Shown here: piece after piece, positions 42,126 through 52,578 of the stretch
Layout of the letters: every line of letters starts with the position of its first letter
Position numbering within the stretch: the first letter of the stretch is position 1
Source of the DNA: a virus
IMG/VR virus record: IMGVR_UViG_3300031566_000014
Span: 1-64,000 of that record
DNA length: 64,000 nucleotides
Reading direction: 5' to 3' (one strand)
The notes under the pieces: model-generated
The model's input: the letters and a program-made list of their open reading frames with translations, nothing else
Told to the model about the DNA's origin: nothing
The model's database searches: none
Translations under genes and position numbers: made by a program

Positions 42126-43343
42126 ATGCGTGCCGAGTTTGCGGCGAAGATGATGTGGCTTGAGCCTGAAATCATCAAGCGGCGAAAGGGAAGGACAGCG
42201 GTTATCACGGCGGAAGGCCGTGGCGAGGTTGCCCGCGCCATCGCCACAACGGCGGCCATCCCGACGCCGAAGGGCGGCGTTGATTTCTACGTGCCATACG
42301 ACGGCACGGCGGCGAAGCACGACATGTGCGCCAAGGCCGTCGAGGACGGGATCATCGCGCAGATGATCCCGACGCCCGACCTGCCGCGCACGATGCGGCT
42401 GACGGCGCTTCTGCGGCACTACCGCGAGGTGTGGGACATGTGCTCCGTGGTTCCCGTCTGCCACGACCCCTACGGGCACATCCACATCGCGGCGGACTAC
42501 GGCGACCTGTACTACGGCTACCCGCAAGCCAACTGGCGGCTGAAGTATCTGGGGGAGCCGTGGTGGGAAATCGCGTGGCACGCGCTCGGGGTGCCTGTGG
42601 ACCCGAAGCTGCTGAAGCACGCCGCACCCGTGGGCCAGTGTTCGGCCATTGACGACGCCCTGCTGCCGCCGCCGCACCTGACGGGCAAGTGGGACGAGCG
42701 CTGCAAGGGCCAGGTGGAGAACTGGGAGAAGGTGGCGCTGCACGGGGTTCCGCGCTACGCGGTGATCTTGACGAGCGCGGGCGCTGGCAGCCAGGTCAAG
42801 TGCGCTCCGAAGGCCGTGTGGGACGCTATCGTGGGCCACTTGGGCCGACTCGGCGTGCGGTGCGTGCAGGTTGGCTTCAAGATGGACGGGCAGCCGGACG
42901 GCGACGTGATCGACCGCCGGGGTACGCGGCTTCCGCTTGTGAACCGTCTGCTTCAGGGTGCTCTCTGCTGCATCGCCAACGAGGGCTTCCTGCACTACAT
43001 GGCCTATGGCTTGCAGGTGCCCGCCGTAGCGCTCTACGGCCCGACGCCCATAGACGCCTACGGCTTGCCTGGGCATCTGCCGCTGATCCGTGGCGACGGC
43101 AAGGGGCACGCGGCCTGCCCGATGGGGACGTGCTTCTGGACGGCGCGCGAGAACTGGGGCCACGAGTGCATGATGGCAGGCGCCTACACCAGGGATGAGC
43201 AGGGCAATGAGCATCTCGTGAACCCGTGCGACAAGGTGTGCATCAACATGTCTGAGCCGGACGCTGCGGCGGGTGCCGTTGGGGAGTTCGTCATGGCCCT
43301 GATGGGCAAGTTCAAGGGCCGCGAGGAGGATGGGAAGGCATGA
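42126..43343 (+). CDS. glycosyltransferase, GT9 (heptosyltransferase-like GT-B)
   Basis: VQVG...DRRG...IANEGFLHYMAYGLQVPAVALYGPT. Confidence 0.82.
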   Translation: MRAEFAAKMMWLEPEIIKRRKGRTAVITAEGRGEVARAIATTAAIPTPKGGVDFYVPYDGTAAKHDMCAKAVEDGIIAQMIPTPDLPRTMRLTALLRHYREVWDMCSVVPVCHDPYGHIHIAADYGDLYYGYPQANWRLKYLGEPWWEIAWHALGVPVDPKLLKHAAPVGQCSAIDDALLPPPHLTGKWDERCKGQVENWEKVALHGVPRYAVILTSAGAGSQVKCAPKAVWDAIVGHLGRLGVRCVQVGFKMDGQPDGDVIDRRGTRLPLVNRLLQGALCCIANEGFLHYMAYGLQVPAVALYGPTPIDAYGLPGHLPLIRGDGKGHAACPMGTCFWTARENWGHECMMAGAYTRDEQGNEHLVNPCDKVCINMSEPDAAAGAVGEFVMALMGKFKGREEDGKA

Positions 43344-43639
43344 AGCCTGACCTGCCGGACATGGCGATAGAGGACGCGGCGCGCAGGGCGCTTGGCCTGC
43401 CGCCTATCGAGCGCCTAGCCATGCCTCCCGCCATTCTGCCCGACGCCGAGACGCAGCGTGAGAACCCGTGCGCCGGCTGCGAAATGGAGCAGCGAAACCT
43501 CCCGCAGTGCCAGCGCGACGCCGCCCACTGCATCTACGGCATGGGCAACAACCATCGCGGCTACTGGAACGGGCAGCTTCACAAGACGGCGCGCGGCAGG
43601 CGCAAGCCCGATGCGGACGGCCATGAAGAACGGACATAG
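43340..43639 (+). CDS. Cys-rich hypothetical protein
   Basis: PCAGC...C...C; ATGA overlap. Confidence 0.55.
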   Translation: MKPDLPDMAIEDAARRALGLPPIERLAMPPAILPDAETQRENPCAGCEMEQRNLPQCQRDAAHCIYGMGNNHRGYWNGQLHKTARGRRKPDADGHEERT

Positions 43640-43642
43640 CGC

Positions 43643-44521
43643 ATGCCAACGCGGCGGGAACGAATCGCACAACGGCGGCAGGGCCGGAAAGGCGGGCACC
43701 TCGTCGTTGGCAAAGTGGTTGCCGAGTTCGGCTGGGAGTTGATGAGCATTGGCCCGTTGCGGTATTACGTGCACCAGCACGGCTTTGACAAGGTAACGGT
43801 TTGCACGAGGCCGGGCCGCGAGGCGCTGTACGCCGACTTCGCCACGGAGTTCAAGCCGCACGACATCCAGTGCGAGAGCGCCCTCATGTCGGGTTACAAA
43901 TTGGTGGACGGGAACCGTGTGGACTTGCCTGTTGAACGCCCGCGGATTCCCAACGCCGACGACTGGTATCGTCCGCAGACGTACAACGGAGGGCGTGCTG
44001 AATGGCGCGTCTACGGCGAAATGCGCGCAGAGCGGCTTGGCGTGACCGTGTTCCACGCTAGGAATCGCCCGCACTGCCCTGAGCGGAATTGGCCGGTGAA
44101 GAATTGGACTGCCCTAGCCGATAATCTGCGGAAGGCAAGTCTTGCGGAGAAGATCGTGTGCATCGGCACGCCAGAGGCGGCGGCGATGGTCCCTGGCTGT
44201 GATGATGCTCGTTCTGTTTCGTTGGCGGGCCAGATGGACATTTTACATTCGGCAGCCTATGCAGTGGGTGTGTCGAGCGGGCCGATGCACTTGGCGCAGC
44301 ATTGCAAGTGCCCTGTGGTGGTGTGGTGTGGTGGAGGGGCAGGTGAACAGGCGAATACGCAGCGCCGGTATAAAGAGGCGTGGAATCCTTTTCTTGTGCC
44401 ATTCATCGCCGTTCGGGAGGGTTCATGGCAGCCGCTTGTGAATGACGTTGTTGATTGGACAACGCAGTTTGGCGCCATGCTCAGTGCGCTAGAGGAGAAT
44501 GTGGCTATAGATGAACAATGA
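43643..44521 (+). CDS. glycosyltransferase, GT9-like
   Basis: EFGWEL, RNWP..W, VGVSSGPMHLA..C..P.VVW. Confidence 0.8.
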   Translation: MPTRRERIAQRRQGRKGGHLVVGKVVAEFGWELMSIGPLRYYVHQHGFDKVTVCTRPGREALYADFATEFKPHDIQCESALMSGYKLVDGNRVDLPVERPRIPNADDWYRPQTYNGGRAEWRVYGEMRAERLGVTVFHARNRPHCPERNWPVKNWTALADNLRKASLAEKIVCIGTPEAAAMVPGCDDARSVSLAGQMDILHSAAYAVGVSSGPMHLAQHCKCPVVVWCGGGAGEQANTQRRYKEAWNPFLVPFIAVREGSWQPLVNDVVDWTTQFGAMLSALEENVAIDEQ

Positions 44522-45185
44522 AACCCCAAGGTGCTACCTGACGCTTCGTTGCAATCTCAAGTGTTCCTACTGCTCCAACGGCCCGAGGCTGGCGGCCTAC
44601 AAGGAGATGAGCGCCTGTGAGTGGGACCAGATTCTCCACTGCCTGCCGGGCAAAGAGGTGGTGTTCACCGGCGGCGAGCCGACGCTCTACCCCGACTTCT
44701 ACGCCTTGGTCAACGGCCTGGTGCGCAGCGAGTACTACGTGAACGTCTACAGCAACTTCGCCCGGCCGCTGGACTTGGGGCGGCTGCCGCGCGGGCGCAT
44801 CCACTGGCGGGCTTCGTGCCACGCCCAGACGCCAGAGGACGGCCAGGACTGGTTGAAGAACGTCGAGGCGGCGCGGAACCGTGGCGACCTCGTGACCTGC
44901 ACGACCGTCCTGTGCCCCGGCGACGTGCTCGAAGTGCTGCGGCCCCACGAGGTCGTGGTGGACGCTCCGCAGGAGAAGCCCACCCCGCTGCCCGGCCCGG
45001 TGCGATGCACGCTTCCACGCCGCCTCATCGCGCCGGACGGGCGGCGGTTCCACTGCGTGGGGAAACTGGTGAGAGCCGATCCCACGGGCGTAGTGGGGCT
45101 GAGCGACCCCTGCGATACCGTCGTGTGCCAGACGCCAGATCAGTGCGCCAAGTGTGACTTCGCAAGCCGAAAGAGCCCAATGTGA
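44511..45185 (+). CDS. radical SAM protein with Cys-rich C-terminal domain
   Basis: CNLKCSYC and TGGEP; C-terminal C...IAPDG..FHC...C....C..CD. Confidence 0.9.
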   Translation: MNNETPRCYLTLRCNLKCSYCSNGPRLAAYKEMSACEWDQILHCLPGKEVVFTGGEPTLYPDFYALVNGLVRSEYYVNVYSNFARPLDLGRLPRGRIHWRASCHAQTPEDGQDWLKNVEAARNRGDLVTCTTVLCPGDVLEVLRPHEVVVDAPQEKPTPLPGPVRCTLPRRLIAPDGRRFHCVGKLVRADPTGVVGLSDPCDTVVCQTPDQCAKCDFASRKSPM

Positions 45186-45715
45186 GCGTTGAAAAGGCCG
45201 AACAGGTTGTGTCCAGCATCGTTGCCGTTGTCGGCGATCAGGCGCATTCTCAGTCGTCTGTTGCCGATGGTCTTGCCAAGCAACTCGCCGGGCGCAGGTG
45301 GAACACCATCCTTGAGATTGGGACGTTGCGCGGGCTGTCCGCTGCCGTGCTGGCGTGCTTCGCAGAGAAGGTGTTCACGATTGACGTGGAGAATACTCCA
45401 GGAAGGTCCGATGTGTTCGGGGCACTGACGCGCGACATTCGCAATCGCATCTGCTCCATCATCGTGCCCGACAACGACGCGAAGGTGCTGCTGGTGCGGG
45501 CACTGTCCTTCGACTTCGCCTACATCGACGCGGGGCACACGGAGGGGCAGGTAGCCATCGACTTCAGTCTGACGCAGAAGTGCGGCGAGATGCTGTTCCA
45601 CGATTACCCTGCGTCTGGCTCCGGGGCGAATGGGGTCTCGCTGGTGCTGGACGCCCTCACCGAGGGGAAGGTGACGGCCTGCAAGCCCTTCGCGTGGTGG
45701 AGGGCGAAGGAATGA
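45182..45715 (+). CDS. class I SAM-dependent methyltransferase (Methyltransf_24-like)
   Basis: ILEIGTLRGLS, IDAGH, FHDY. Confidence 0.85.
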   Translation: MSVEKAEQVVSSIVAVVGDQAHSQSSVADGLAKQLAGRRWNTILEIGTLRGLSAAVLACFAEKVFTIDVENTPGRSDVFGALTRDIRNRICSIIVPDNDAKVLLVRALSFDFAYIDAGHTEGQVAIDFSLTQKCGEMLFHDYPASGSGANGVSLVLDALTEGKVTACKPFAWWRAKE

Positions 45716-46929
45716 TCGTCCGCGTTGATGATTTCCCGCATGGCAAAGAAGGTTGCATGCAGCCGATAATGGACCATTGGGCCGTGTTATCGAGATTTCA
45801 GGATGCGGTGCGAGTTCCATTCTGTATCGGGATGATGACAGGACCGCTGTCTGACGATGAGAAGGAACGCCTACTGGCCTTTTCGGAAGACATCGAAGTC
45901 GCCTATCACGGGCACATGCACACGCACACGGATGGGGAAAAGCCCGATGAACTCAGGGCGGCGAAGCCGATGCTTGGCATAGACCCTGTATTCATCCCGC
46001 CCTACAACGCCCTCACGCAGAAGGCGGTGGATACCCTTGAGGCGGAGGGCTACCGCTACATCTGCACCGGGCCGGAGACGCCGGCTGGGTTGAAGGCGGA
46101 ATTTGCCAAGTTTGTTCCGTCGAAGTTCTACGGAACAGCGAAGGAGTTCCTGGCTCACGATCCTGACCTTCGGGCGTTTGATTGCATAACCCTGCATCTG
46201 ACGTGGGAGAACAATGACGACATGCGCAGCCTGCGCGAGTTGGGCGACGTCGTTGCCGGTGACGTATTCACATGGAAGACCTTCTTTGACGCCGCGCGCT
46301 ACAGGTTTCCAATAGTCCGAAAGGCGGTGGCGGACCTTGGCATGCACATGTGCCAGAAGATGACCTACGATTGGCTTTTGGACGCCGTTGACGTGCGTGG
46401 CCTGAAGGTATTGGATTTTGGGTGTTCTGATTACCCGCTGTCGAGTTTTCTAGCCGGCCTCGGCGCCCAAGCCTGGTGGTATGACAGGGATGCTGAGGCG
46501 TGCAAGATGCAGGCCAAACGCGCCAGCCAGGCCGGCGTTGCGACGCGCATGCTTGATGCCGATGCGGGTCCATTCGACCTCATTATCTTTTCCAATACTC
46601 TCCAGCACAACAAGGATGGCGCGCATGCGATTCTCGCATCAATGGTAGCTAGACTGAAGCCGGATGGCAGGGTGTTCATTGCGGAGAAACTGACTGGCCA
46701 AGCATCGAGGTGGGATGATGGCAGAAACGACCCATGCTGGATTCGGAACATGAAAGACCACAAGGCGCTGTGGCGAAGCGCTGGGCTTGTTCCATCCATG
46801 CGCCAACATCGGGAAGTCATAAGCTACTTGGTCTACTCATGGGAACGAGACACGGCAAACGAAGTTGGGGCGTGGACTGTTGAGACAGAAGCCGGCGAAG
46901 TGTGCGCCCTTTTGGAGCGCATCGCATGA
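45712..46929 (+). CDS. polysaccharide deacetylase-like domain fused to SAM methyltransferase
   Basis: RVDD...HGHMH...FIPPYN (CE4/DUF2334-like); VLDFGC...FDLI...LQH...LKPDG. Confidence 0.8.
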   Translation: MIVRVDDFPHGKEGCMQPIMDHWAVLSRFQDAVRVPFCIGMMTGPLSDDEKERLLAFSEDIEVAYHGHMHTHTDGEKPDELRAAKPMLGIDPVFIPPYNALTQKAVDTLEAEGYRYICTGPETPAGLKAEFAKFVPSKFYGTAKEFLAHDPDLRAFDCITLHLTWENNDDMRSLRELGDVVAGDVFTWKTFFDAARYRFPIVRKAVADLGMHMCQKMTYDWLLDAVDVRGLKVLDFGCSDYPLSSFLAGLGAQAWWYDRDAEACKMQAKRASQAGVATRMLDADAGPFDLIIFSNTLQHNKDGAHAILASMVARLKPDGRVFIAEKLTGQASRWDDGRNDPCWIRNMKDHKALWRSAGLVPSMRQHREVISYLVYSWERDTANEVGAWTVETEAGEVCALLERIA

Positions 46930-47912
46930 GAATCGTGTCGTGTTGTCGAGCTTATCCGACGTTCAACCCAGGCGGCATGGAAGCCGTGTGCCAAGTTCGC
47001 GCGGAAGAATTGGTTCGCCAGGGGCACGAGGTCCATGTAGTCACCGCCGGTGGCAAGGCTGCGAGCCTCGTCCATAATGGCGTGATGCTGCACTATACCG
47101 AAGGCCCGATGGCCAAGTATAGCCAAGCATACTCGGACGAATGCTACAAACTGGCATGTCAACTGCGGCCCGACGTGCTGCACCTAGACTCCTTCGATCA
47201 AGAGCGGTTGTGGTGGAAAGATCGGCCTGGTTCGCCGCGCCGAATCGCTATGACCTATCACGGGTTCGGGTGGCAACGTATCCTCACAGATTGGGCGATG
47301 TACCGCGATGGCGTGGATACGCATCCATGCAAGGTCGATCTGGACATGGTAGACAAGCAAGTGCGTGGCGTGAAGTCGTTCGATGTGGCGATCTCTATCA
47401 GCCTGTTCGAGCAATGGCAGATTCAGGACTTGTACGCGGTCGGGTCGCCGCTGGTCTACAACCCGATTGCCATCAGGTTCTTTGATGAACCGCCGGTTCC
47501 CGATAGACCCAAGCGTCCGTGGGTTGTGAATGGCAAGCGCTTTCCAGCAGTTGCGCAGAAAGTTGCCGAACGGGCCGGGATTCCCGTGATTCCCCTAAGC
47601 GGAATCAGGCCCGAGGACATGCCCAAGACCTACGATGGCGCAGCAGGGCTTGTGCTGCCAACCTACTTCTATATTGGGTTTGACTTGATGGTAGCTGAAT
47701 CGCTTGCTCGCCGCCGGCCCGTCGTGACGTTCGCGCTAGGAAGTTACTACTGGGCTGCCCGCATCTTTGAGGGCATTCATGCCGTGCTTCCCGGCGACAT
47801 TGAAGCCATGGGTGAGATGATATCGTCAGATCTGCCGCCTGTGCCTTCCGGGGTTGTCGATCAGTTTCGCCCAGAGCGGCATGTCAAGAACTGGGTGGAG
47901 GCCGTGCAATGA
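46926..47912 (+). CDS. glycosyltransferase family 4
   Basis: PGGME...L..QGHEVHV, PDVLH, YNPI, GF.L..AES...PVV. Confidence 0.85.
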   Translation: MRIVSCCRAYPTFNPGGMEAVCQVRAEELVRQGHEVHVVTAGGKAASLVHNGVMLHYTEGPMAKYSQAYSDECYKLACQLRPDVLHLDSFDQERLWWKDRPGSPRRIAMTYHGFGWQRILTDWAMYRDGVDTHPCKVDLDMVDKQVRGVKSFDVAISISLFEQWQIQDLYAVGSPLVYNPIAIRFFDEPPVPDRPKRPWVVNGKRFPAVAQKVAERAGIPVIPLSGIRPEDMPKTYDGAAGLVLPTYFYIGFDLMVAESLARRRPVVTFALGSYYWAARIFEGIHAVLPGDIEAMGEMISSDLPPVPSGVVDQFRPERHVKNWVEAVQ

Positions 47913-48472
47913 GTTCAGCGAAGAACTGGGAGTTCCCTCATCGGATGTTGGCGTGCTATAGCCTGCTGCCTTGGGTCAACGAAGATTTCCCGCCATTGGT
48001 GCTCGATGCCTGCACGGCCTACGTGGACCCTCGATGTAAGCGCATTGCGGAGGAGCGCGGTTACAGGTTGCAGGGTTGCGACATCACTGCTGGGGACAAA
48101 CTGATTGACCTTGTGGACATCCAGCGTCTTCCCTACAAGGCTAGCCAATTCCGTGGTGTCGTGAGTTCGGACACGCTTGAGCATGTTCCCGACATGGACG
48201 TGGCTCTCCACGAGTTGCATCGCGTCACCGAGCCTGGCGGGTTTCTCGTCTTGTGTCTGCCTGTGTGCTTTCTGCCTGACGGCACAAAGCGCAAGAACAC
48301 GGAAAAGGCGGCGCCGAATCATCCTGCGCATCATTTGTGGAATCCTGGCATGGACATGGAGGCTCGCGTGATCAAGGTTGGCTACAGCCTTGTGGCTCGT
48401 CTTGAATGCGTTCGATGGGACAAGATGAAGACCTCGGCAATCTGGCTCATGGAGAAGCCGGTCACATCCTGA
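47909..48472 (+). CDS. SAM-dependent methyltransferase (Methyltransf_11-like)
   Basis: DIQRLPY...TLEHVPD...ELHRV..PGG. Confidence 0.82.
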   Translation: MSSAKNWEFPHRMLACYSLLPWVNEDFPPLVLDACTAYVDPRCKRIAEERGYRLQGCDITAGDKLIDLVDIQRLPYKASQFRGVVSSDTLEHVPDMDVALHELHRVTEPGGFLVLCLPVCFLPDGTKRKNTEKAAPNHPAHHLWNPGMDMEARVIKVGYSLVARLECVRWDKMKTSAIWLMEKPVTS

Positions 48473-48486
48473 TTGGAGGCCGTCCA

Positions 48487-49098
48487 GTGACCTTCGATGA
48501 GATGTTCGCCATCTGCAAGCCGCACAGCGTCGTGAATCGTGAACGGATGATGGGCCTCTACGGAGCGGTGTGCCATGTTGACAAGCTGGGCATTCCTGGC
48601 GACATCGTTGAATGTGGATGTTTCAGAGGTGGCACTGCCGCGATGATGGCGCTCGCCAACGACTTCAAGCGCCACGTCTGGCTCTTTGACTCATGGGAGG
48701 GCATGCCGCCGCCTACCGCTGACGACCCGCCAGATGCGATGCATGGCACGAGCGGGTGTCGCGTGGATTGGGTGGAGGTCGTTAGCTTCCTTACGAGCGT
48801 CGGTGTGCTGCGCAACGGCACGATGGTAAAGGGCTGGTACAAGGACACCTTTCCAACGCACAAGATCAAGCAGATTGCCGTCCTGCATGTGGATTGCGAC
48901 TGGCATGACAGCGTGAAACTCTCTCTTGAGACCTTTTACGATCTCGTATCGCCCGGCGGTGTCATTCAGATTGACGACTACGGTCACTGGTCTGGAGCAC
49001 GCAAGGCGGTAGATGACTTCTTCAGGGCGCGCGCCATTGACCCGTGCTTGCACCCTCTGGACTACACCGGAGCTCAACACATCAAGGCGACCGCATGA
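48487..49098 (+). CDS. TylF/MycF/NovP-family sugar O-methyltransferase
   Basis: GDIVECGCFRGG, LFDSWEG, KGWYKDT, LHVDCDW, PGG...DDY..W.G..KAVD. Confidence 0.9.
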   Translation: MTFDEMFAICKPHSVVNRERMMGLYGAVCHVDKLGIPGDIVECGCFRGGTAAMMALANDFKRHVWLFDSWEGMPPPTADDPPDAMHGTSGCRVDWVEVVSFLTSVGVLRNGTMVKGWYKDTFPTHKIKQIAVLHVDCDWHDSVKLSLETFYDLVSPGGVIQIDDYGHWSGARKAVDDFFRARAIDPCLHPLDYTGAQHIKATA

Positions 49099-49724
49099 CG
49101 CGCACAGACTACAGCCAGTGGGGCGAGCAGCAGATCATCCTCGACTTCTTCGGGGGCAAGGTCGGGCGCTTCCTCGACCTCGGTGCCTTCGACGGGTTGA
49201 CGGGCAGCAATGTGCGGGCGCTGGCTGAGGATGGCTGGTCGGGACTGTGCGTGGAGGCCAGCGCGATGACCTTCCCCTCGCTCCTTGAGAACATGGCCGA
49301 GTTCCACCGAGTCCAGTTGGTCAACGCGGCCGTCATGCCGCGCGCGGAGATCGTTCGTCTCTATGAGACCGGAAGCCAGATTTCCACCTGCATGCCGGGG
49401 CACAACGTCGGCAAGTGGGTGAAGGCATCCTACTGGGTGCCTGGGATCACGCCTGAGCAGATCGCGGAGACGTTCGGCGGGAACTTCGATTTCGTGTCCA
49501 TCGACATAGAGGGCATGGAGCTTCCGCTACTGTCCGCGATGGGGTCCACCCTCATCGAAGCCCAACTGGTCTGCGTGGAGGAGCGGATTCACAACGCACC
49601 GCGCGACGCGAGGTACGGCGACGCTCTCCTGGCGGCTCTGGCGCGGCACGGTTTTGTCCGCCAACTCGCCCGAACCAATCAGGGCAGCGGCAATCTCCTG
49701 TATGCCAAAGAAAAGGCGGTGTAG
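49095..49724 (+). CDS. FkbM-family methyltransferase
   Basis: YSQWGEQ, FLDLGAFDG...SN...GWSG..VE, SIDIEG. Confidence 0.88.
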   Translation: MTRTDYSQWGEQQIILDFFGGKVGRFLDLGAFDGLTGSNVRALAEDGWSGLCVEASAMTFPSLLENMAEFHRVQLVNAAVMPRAEIVRLYETGSQISTCMPGHNVGKWVKASYWVPGITPEQIAETFGGNFDFVSIDIEGMELPLLSAMGSTLIEAQLVCVEERIHNAPRDARYGDALLAALARHGFVRQLARTNQGSGNLLYAKEKAV

Positions 49725-49728
49725 CGCA

Positions 49729-50562
49729 ATGATCTTCGCAGGGCCATGGCTGGGCGAGTTCGGCGTCTATTTGGGCTGGATTGCAGGTGTTCGCTATCAT
49801 GCGCAGCTTACTCGTGTTCCTGTGACGGTGTGCGCTCGTCGTGGCTGGGAGTATCTCAGCGAGGATTTTCACGGTGATTACATTCCGCATAGCTTCGGCG
49901 GAATTGCCGTGGGGTCTGGTGTCAGATGTGGCACCGGGCCATCGAATGAGGCTGTCGCCGCTCTCATTCCGGCGGATGCCGACGTATTCGCTCCGGTTCA
50001 CACCTTCATGTTCGGCAACGTCTATGCCGAGCCTGTTGGCGACAAGCAGTTGTGGATCAAGTATGGGCGCACAATCTCTGGATGTGGCAATACCATCCTG
50101 TTTCATGCTCGCGCCAGGCAGGAATGGGGCGTCGCGCGTAACTGGCCTCAGCATAAGTGGGACGAGTTGGCGGATCGCTTCTCTTGTGGGCCGTGGCAAC
50201 TTGTCTCCGTTGGCACGCGGACAGCTTCCTTGCGGGTATCTGGTACAGAAGACCTGCGCGGCATACCGCTGCATGAGTTGGCAAACATTACGCGGTCATC
50301 TGCTCTGGCTGTTGGCCCATCAAGCGGCTACATACACTTTGCGGCGTTGTGTTGCTGTCCGCACGTACTCTGGTTTGGAGGAGACGACGGCTCACCATCG
50401 CAGGAGAATGACGAGGTCAAGATGCGCGTTCTGAATGAACGCTATCGAAGCGCGTGGAACCCATGGAACACTCCGGTCCACGTTATCGCTCAATCGGACT
50501 GGCAACCGAGCATTCCTCGTGTAGCAGCCGGCGTCCTATCCATGCTTACCGTGAGCGCATGA
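49729..50562 (+). CDS. glycosyltransferase, GT9-like (paralog of 43643-44521)
   Basis: GEFG, FHAR..RNWP..W, DLRG, VGPSSG..H.A.LC.CPH..W, RY..AWNP. Confidence 0.82.
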   Translation: MIFAGPWLGEFGVYLGWIAGVRYHAQLTRVPVTVCARRGWEYLSEDFHGDYIPHSFGGIAVGSGVRCGTGPSNEAVAALIPADADVFAPVHTFMFGNVYAEPVGDKQLWIKYGRTISGCGNTILFHARARQEWGVARNWPQHKWDELADRFSCGPWQLVSVGTRTASLRVSGTEDLRGIPLHELANITRSSALAVGPSSGYIHFAALCCCPHVLWFGGDDGSPSQENDEVKMRVLNERYRSAWNPWNTPVHVIAQSDWQPSIPRVAAGVLSMLTVSA

Positions 50563-50601
50563 CCAATGGGTAAATGATGCAACCAACCGAGGGGCGCTCA
50601 G

Positions 50602-51633
50602 TTGAGCGCGAATGACAGACGGCTTGAACGCATAAGCCGCAAACGGCAAGAGAGGAAGCAAATGCCATATCCTCTGCGCGATGATACTCTATCGGGGATG
50701 CTGGGCATACCAGCGGCGATACCAGACAAAGGGCTGTCTCCACATGCAGTGCATGAGTCCAGCGCTGCGACGCCGGTTGTCGCTCCGCTTCGATTATTCT
50801 CAATGCGTGACCGCCGCCTCGAAGCGACGCGAGCGCTCGCCCGTGGACCGCTGCCCAACGAACGACCACCGCAAGGCCCAGGCGCATTCAGACCATCCTT
50901 CATGTCCAGCAAGACAATGGAAGGAATTGGGATAGGGATCATCACCTATTATGGTCTGGAAGACGTGCAGAAGGCCATTGATAGCATCTATGCAAATGGA
51001 GGGGAGAAGTACCACGTCGTTATCTTCGACAATACCGAGGACCAGAGCATTGGGGACTGGGTGATTGCCAATGCTCCTCTGGTGAAGTACATTCACAGCC
51101 CGCAGAACGTAGGTTGCTCGAACGCGCGCAACCGCCTTGCCGAAGTGTTCGCTGCCCTTGGTATCAGGCATTTCATCATCCAGGACCAGGACGTGGAGTG
51201 GCTTATTGACCCTGTACCTGAAATGCTGAAAGTGTTCACCGATTACCCAGACACCGGTCAGGTAACGGTACCACTCGCGATCCGGCAAATGCAAAGTGCT
51301 GACCCGGATTCGTGGGATGAATCTGGACTGCTGAAACTGCCTGAGACGCCTGGCATGTGCTGCATGTACAGCCTCGATTGCGTGGCTGGCATCGGCGGGT
51401 GGGAACCCACGATGTTCATGTTTCTGTTCGACACGCTGTTCAGCCTTCGGGCGAACCATGCTGGCTACAAGATTCGTACCATTCTGAATGAAGGCGACGT
51501 GGTAAAGCACGAACGCCGTGGTTCTGGCACAGGCAGGTATCCGCTCAAGATTCAGGAGCAGATGTGGTCTCGGCGGCGCTTCCGCGAAGTGATGGAGGCA
51601 GAAGGTATCCCTGCACCGTCCCGGTTCACGTAG
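50602..51633 (+). CDS. glycosyltransferase family 2 with N-terminal extension
   Basis: IGIITY...DN...NVG.S.ARN...QDQD...IGGW; start uncertain. Confidence 0.82.
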   Translation: MSANDRRLERISRKRQERKQMPYPLRDDTLSGMLGIPAAIPDKGLSPHAVHESSAATPVVAPLRLFSMRDRRLEATRALARGPLPNERPPQGPGAFRPSFMSSKTMEGIGIGIITYYGLEDVQKAIDSIYANGGEKYHVVIFDNTEDQSIGDWVIANAPLVKYIHSPQNVGCSNARNRLAEVFAALGIRHFIIQDQDVEWLIDPVPEMLKVFTDYPDTGQVTVPLAIRQMQSADPDSWDESGLLKLPETPGMCCMYSLDCVAGIGGWEPTMFMFLFDTLFSLRANHAGYKIRTILNEGDVVKHERRGSGTGRYPLKIQEQMWSRRRFREVMEAEGIPAPSRFT

Positions 51634-51646
51634 GTAGGATGCGATA

Positions 51647-52255
51647 GTGGGCACACCTGTCTGGAATCGTACCGGCGTGCCCACGCTGCGCTACTACTGG
51701 CGCCTGCTGCGCAACATTGCGAGCGTCGTCCTGCCGCGCAAGATCATCCTGATCGGCGATGGCGCCGTCAAGGAAGCGGAGCGCATCGTGTCCGGGTTCT
51801 CATTCCGGCCCAAGCGCTGCCCCAGGCCCAGCGATGTGCCACGGATTCTCGTCTTCTGCTCACGCGCCAGAGACTACGCGGAGGGCAATAGGGAGGTTGG
51901 CCGAAGCCCTGGGGTGTACCGAAGGGAGCGGCGCATCAACATCCGCTACATCGACATGCCGTGGCACGAGGCGATCCGCGAGTTGGTGGTTCCGCCGGTG
52001 AAGGATTCGCCTCACTGGGTTCCGTTTGTGGCTGGCGCGGTATTCCTGTTCGCGGACGGCGACTCGGCGCGGGCGCTGAGACGATTCAAGCTGATGAAGC
52101 CGCTGCTGGGCGACGGCACTCTGATTGTCGTCCCGCGCATCCAGGAGGAGGCGCAAGCCGAGACCGTGGAGATGCTGGGACGCCTGGGGTATGCCGGCAT
52201 CACATTGGGCGCGGTCGCTATGATGCGACGCGAAGCTGAAAGGGGCAGGGGATGA
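51647..52255 (+). CDS. hypothetical protein (possible degenerate methyltransferase fold)
   Basis: FLFADG...LL..G.LIV pattern. Confidence 0.55.
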   Translation: MGTPVWNRTGVPTLRYYWRLLRNIASVVLPRKIILIGDGAVKEAERIVSGFSFRPKRCPRPSDVPRILVFCSRARDYAEGNREVGRSPGVYRRERRINIRYIDMPWHEAIRELVVPPVKDSPHWVPFVAGAVFLFADGDSARALRRFKLMKPLLGDGTLIVVPRIQEEAQAETVEMLGRLGYAGITLGAVAMMRREAERGRG

Positions 52256-52497
52256 CAGATGCTCACTGCGAGAAGGCCCGGCGCCGCTGCCAGGGAATCA
52301 TCGGCACCATCCTGCTTCTCCTGTGGACGGCGCTGGGCGTCCTGCTCTGGCGCGGTGTGGCAACCGAGACAGCGGTTGCCTCTGGCAAGGCCACGCGCGA
52401 GGCGCAGTACGAAAGTATCAAGGGATCGCTCGAAGAAATCAAGAGGTCTCTGGCGCACCTGAAGCGCAGCGACCTTCGCGCGGAGCCAAGCCCATGA
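52252..52497 (+). CDS. single-TM membrane protein (possible lysis accessory)
   Basis: Hydrophobic helix followed by short coiled coil. Confidence 0.6.
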   Translation: MTDAHCEKARRRCQGIIGTILLLLWTALGVLLWRGVATETAVASGKATREAQYESIKGSLEEIKRSLAHLKRSDLRAEPSP

Positions 52498-52578
52498 GCA
52501 TCCCCACCGTCGGCCCCTGCTCGGAACGCCTGCTCGCTGGGCGGCTCAAGTTCCCTGACCCTGAGAAGGAGATGTGAC

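Noticed and set aside
44511-45185. QueE of a 7-deazaguanine DNA modification pathway
   Set aside because: No QueC, QueD, FolE or DpdA nearby; the context is glycan tailoring and the C-terminus is Cys-rich.
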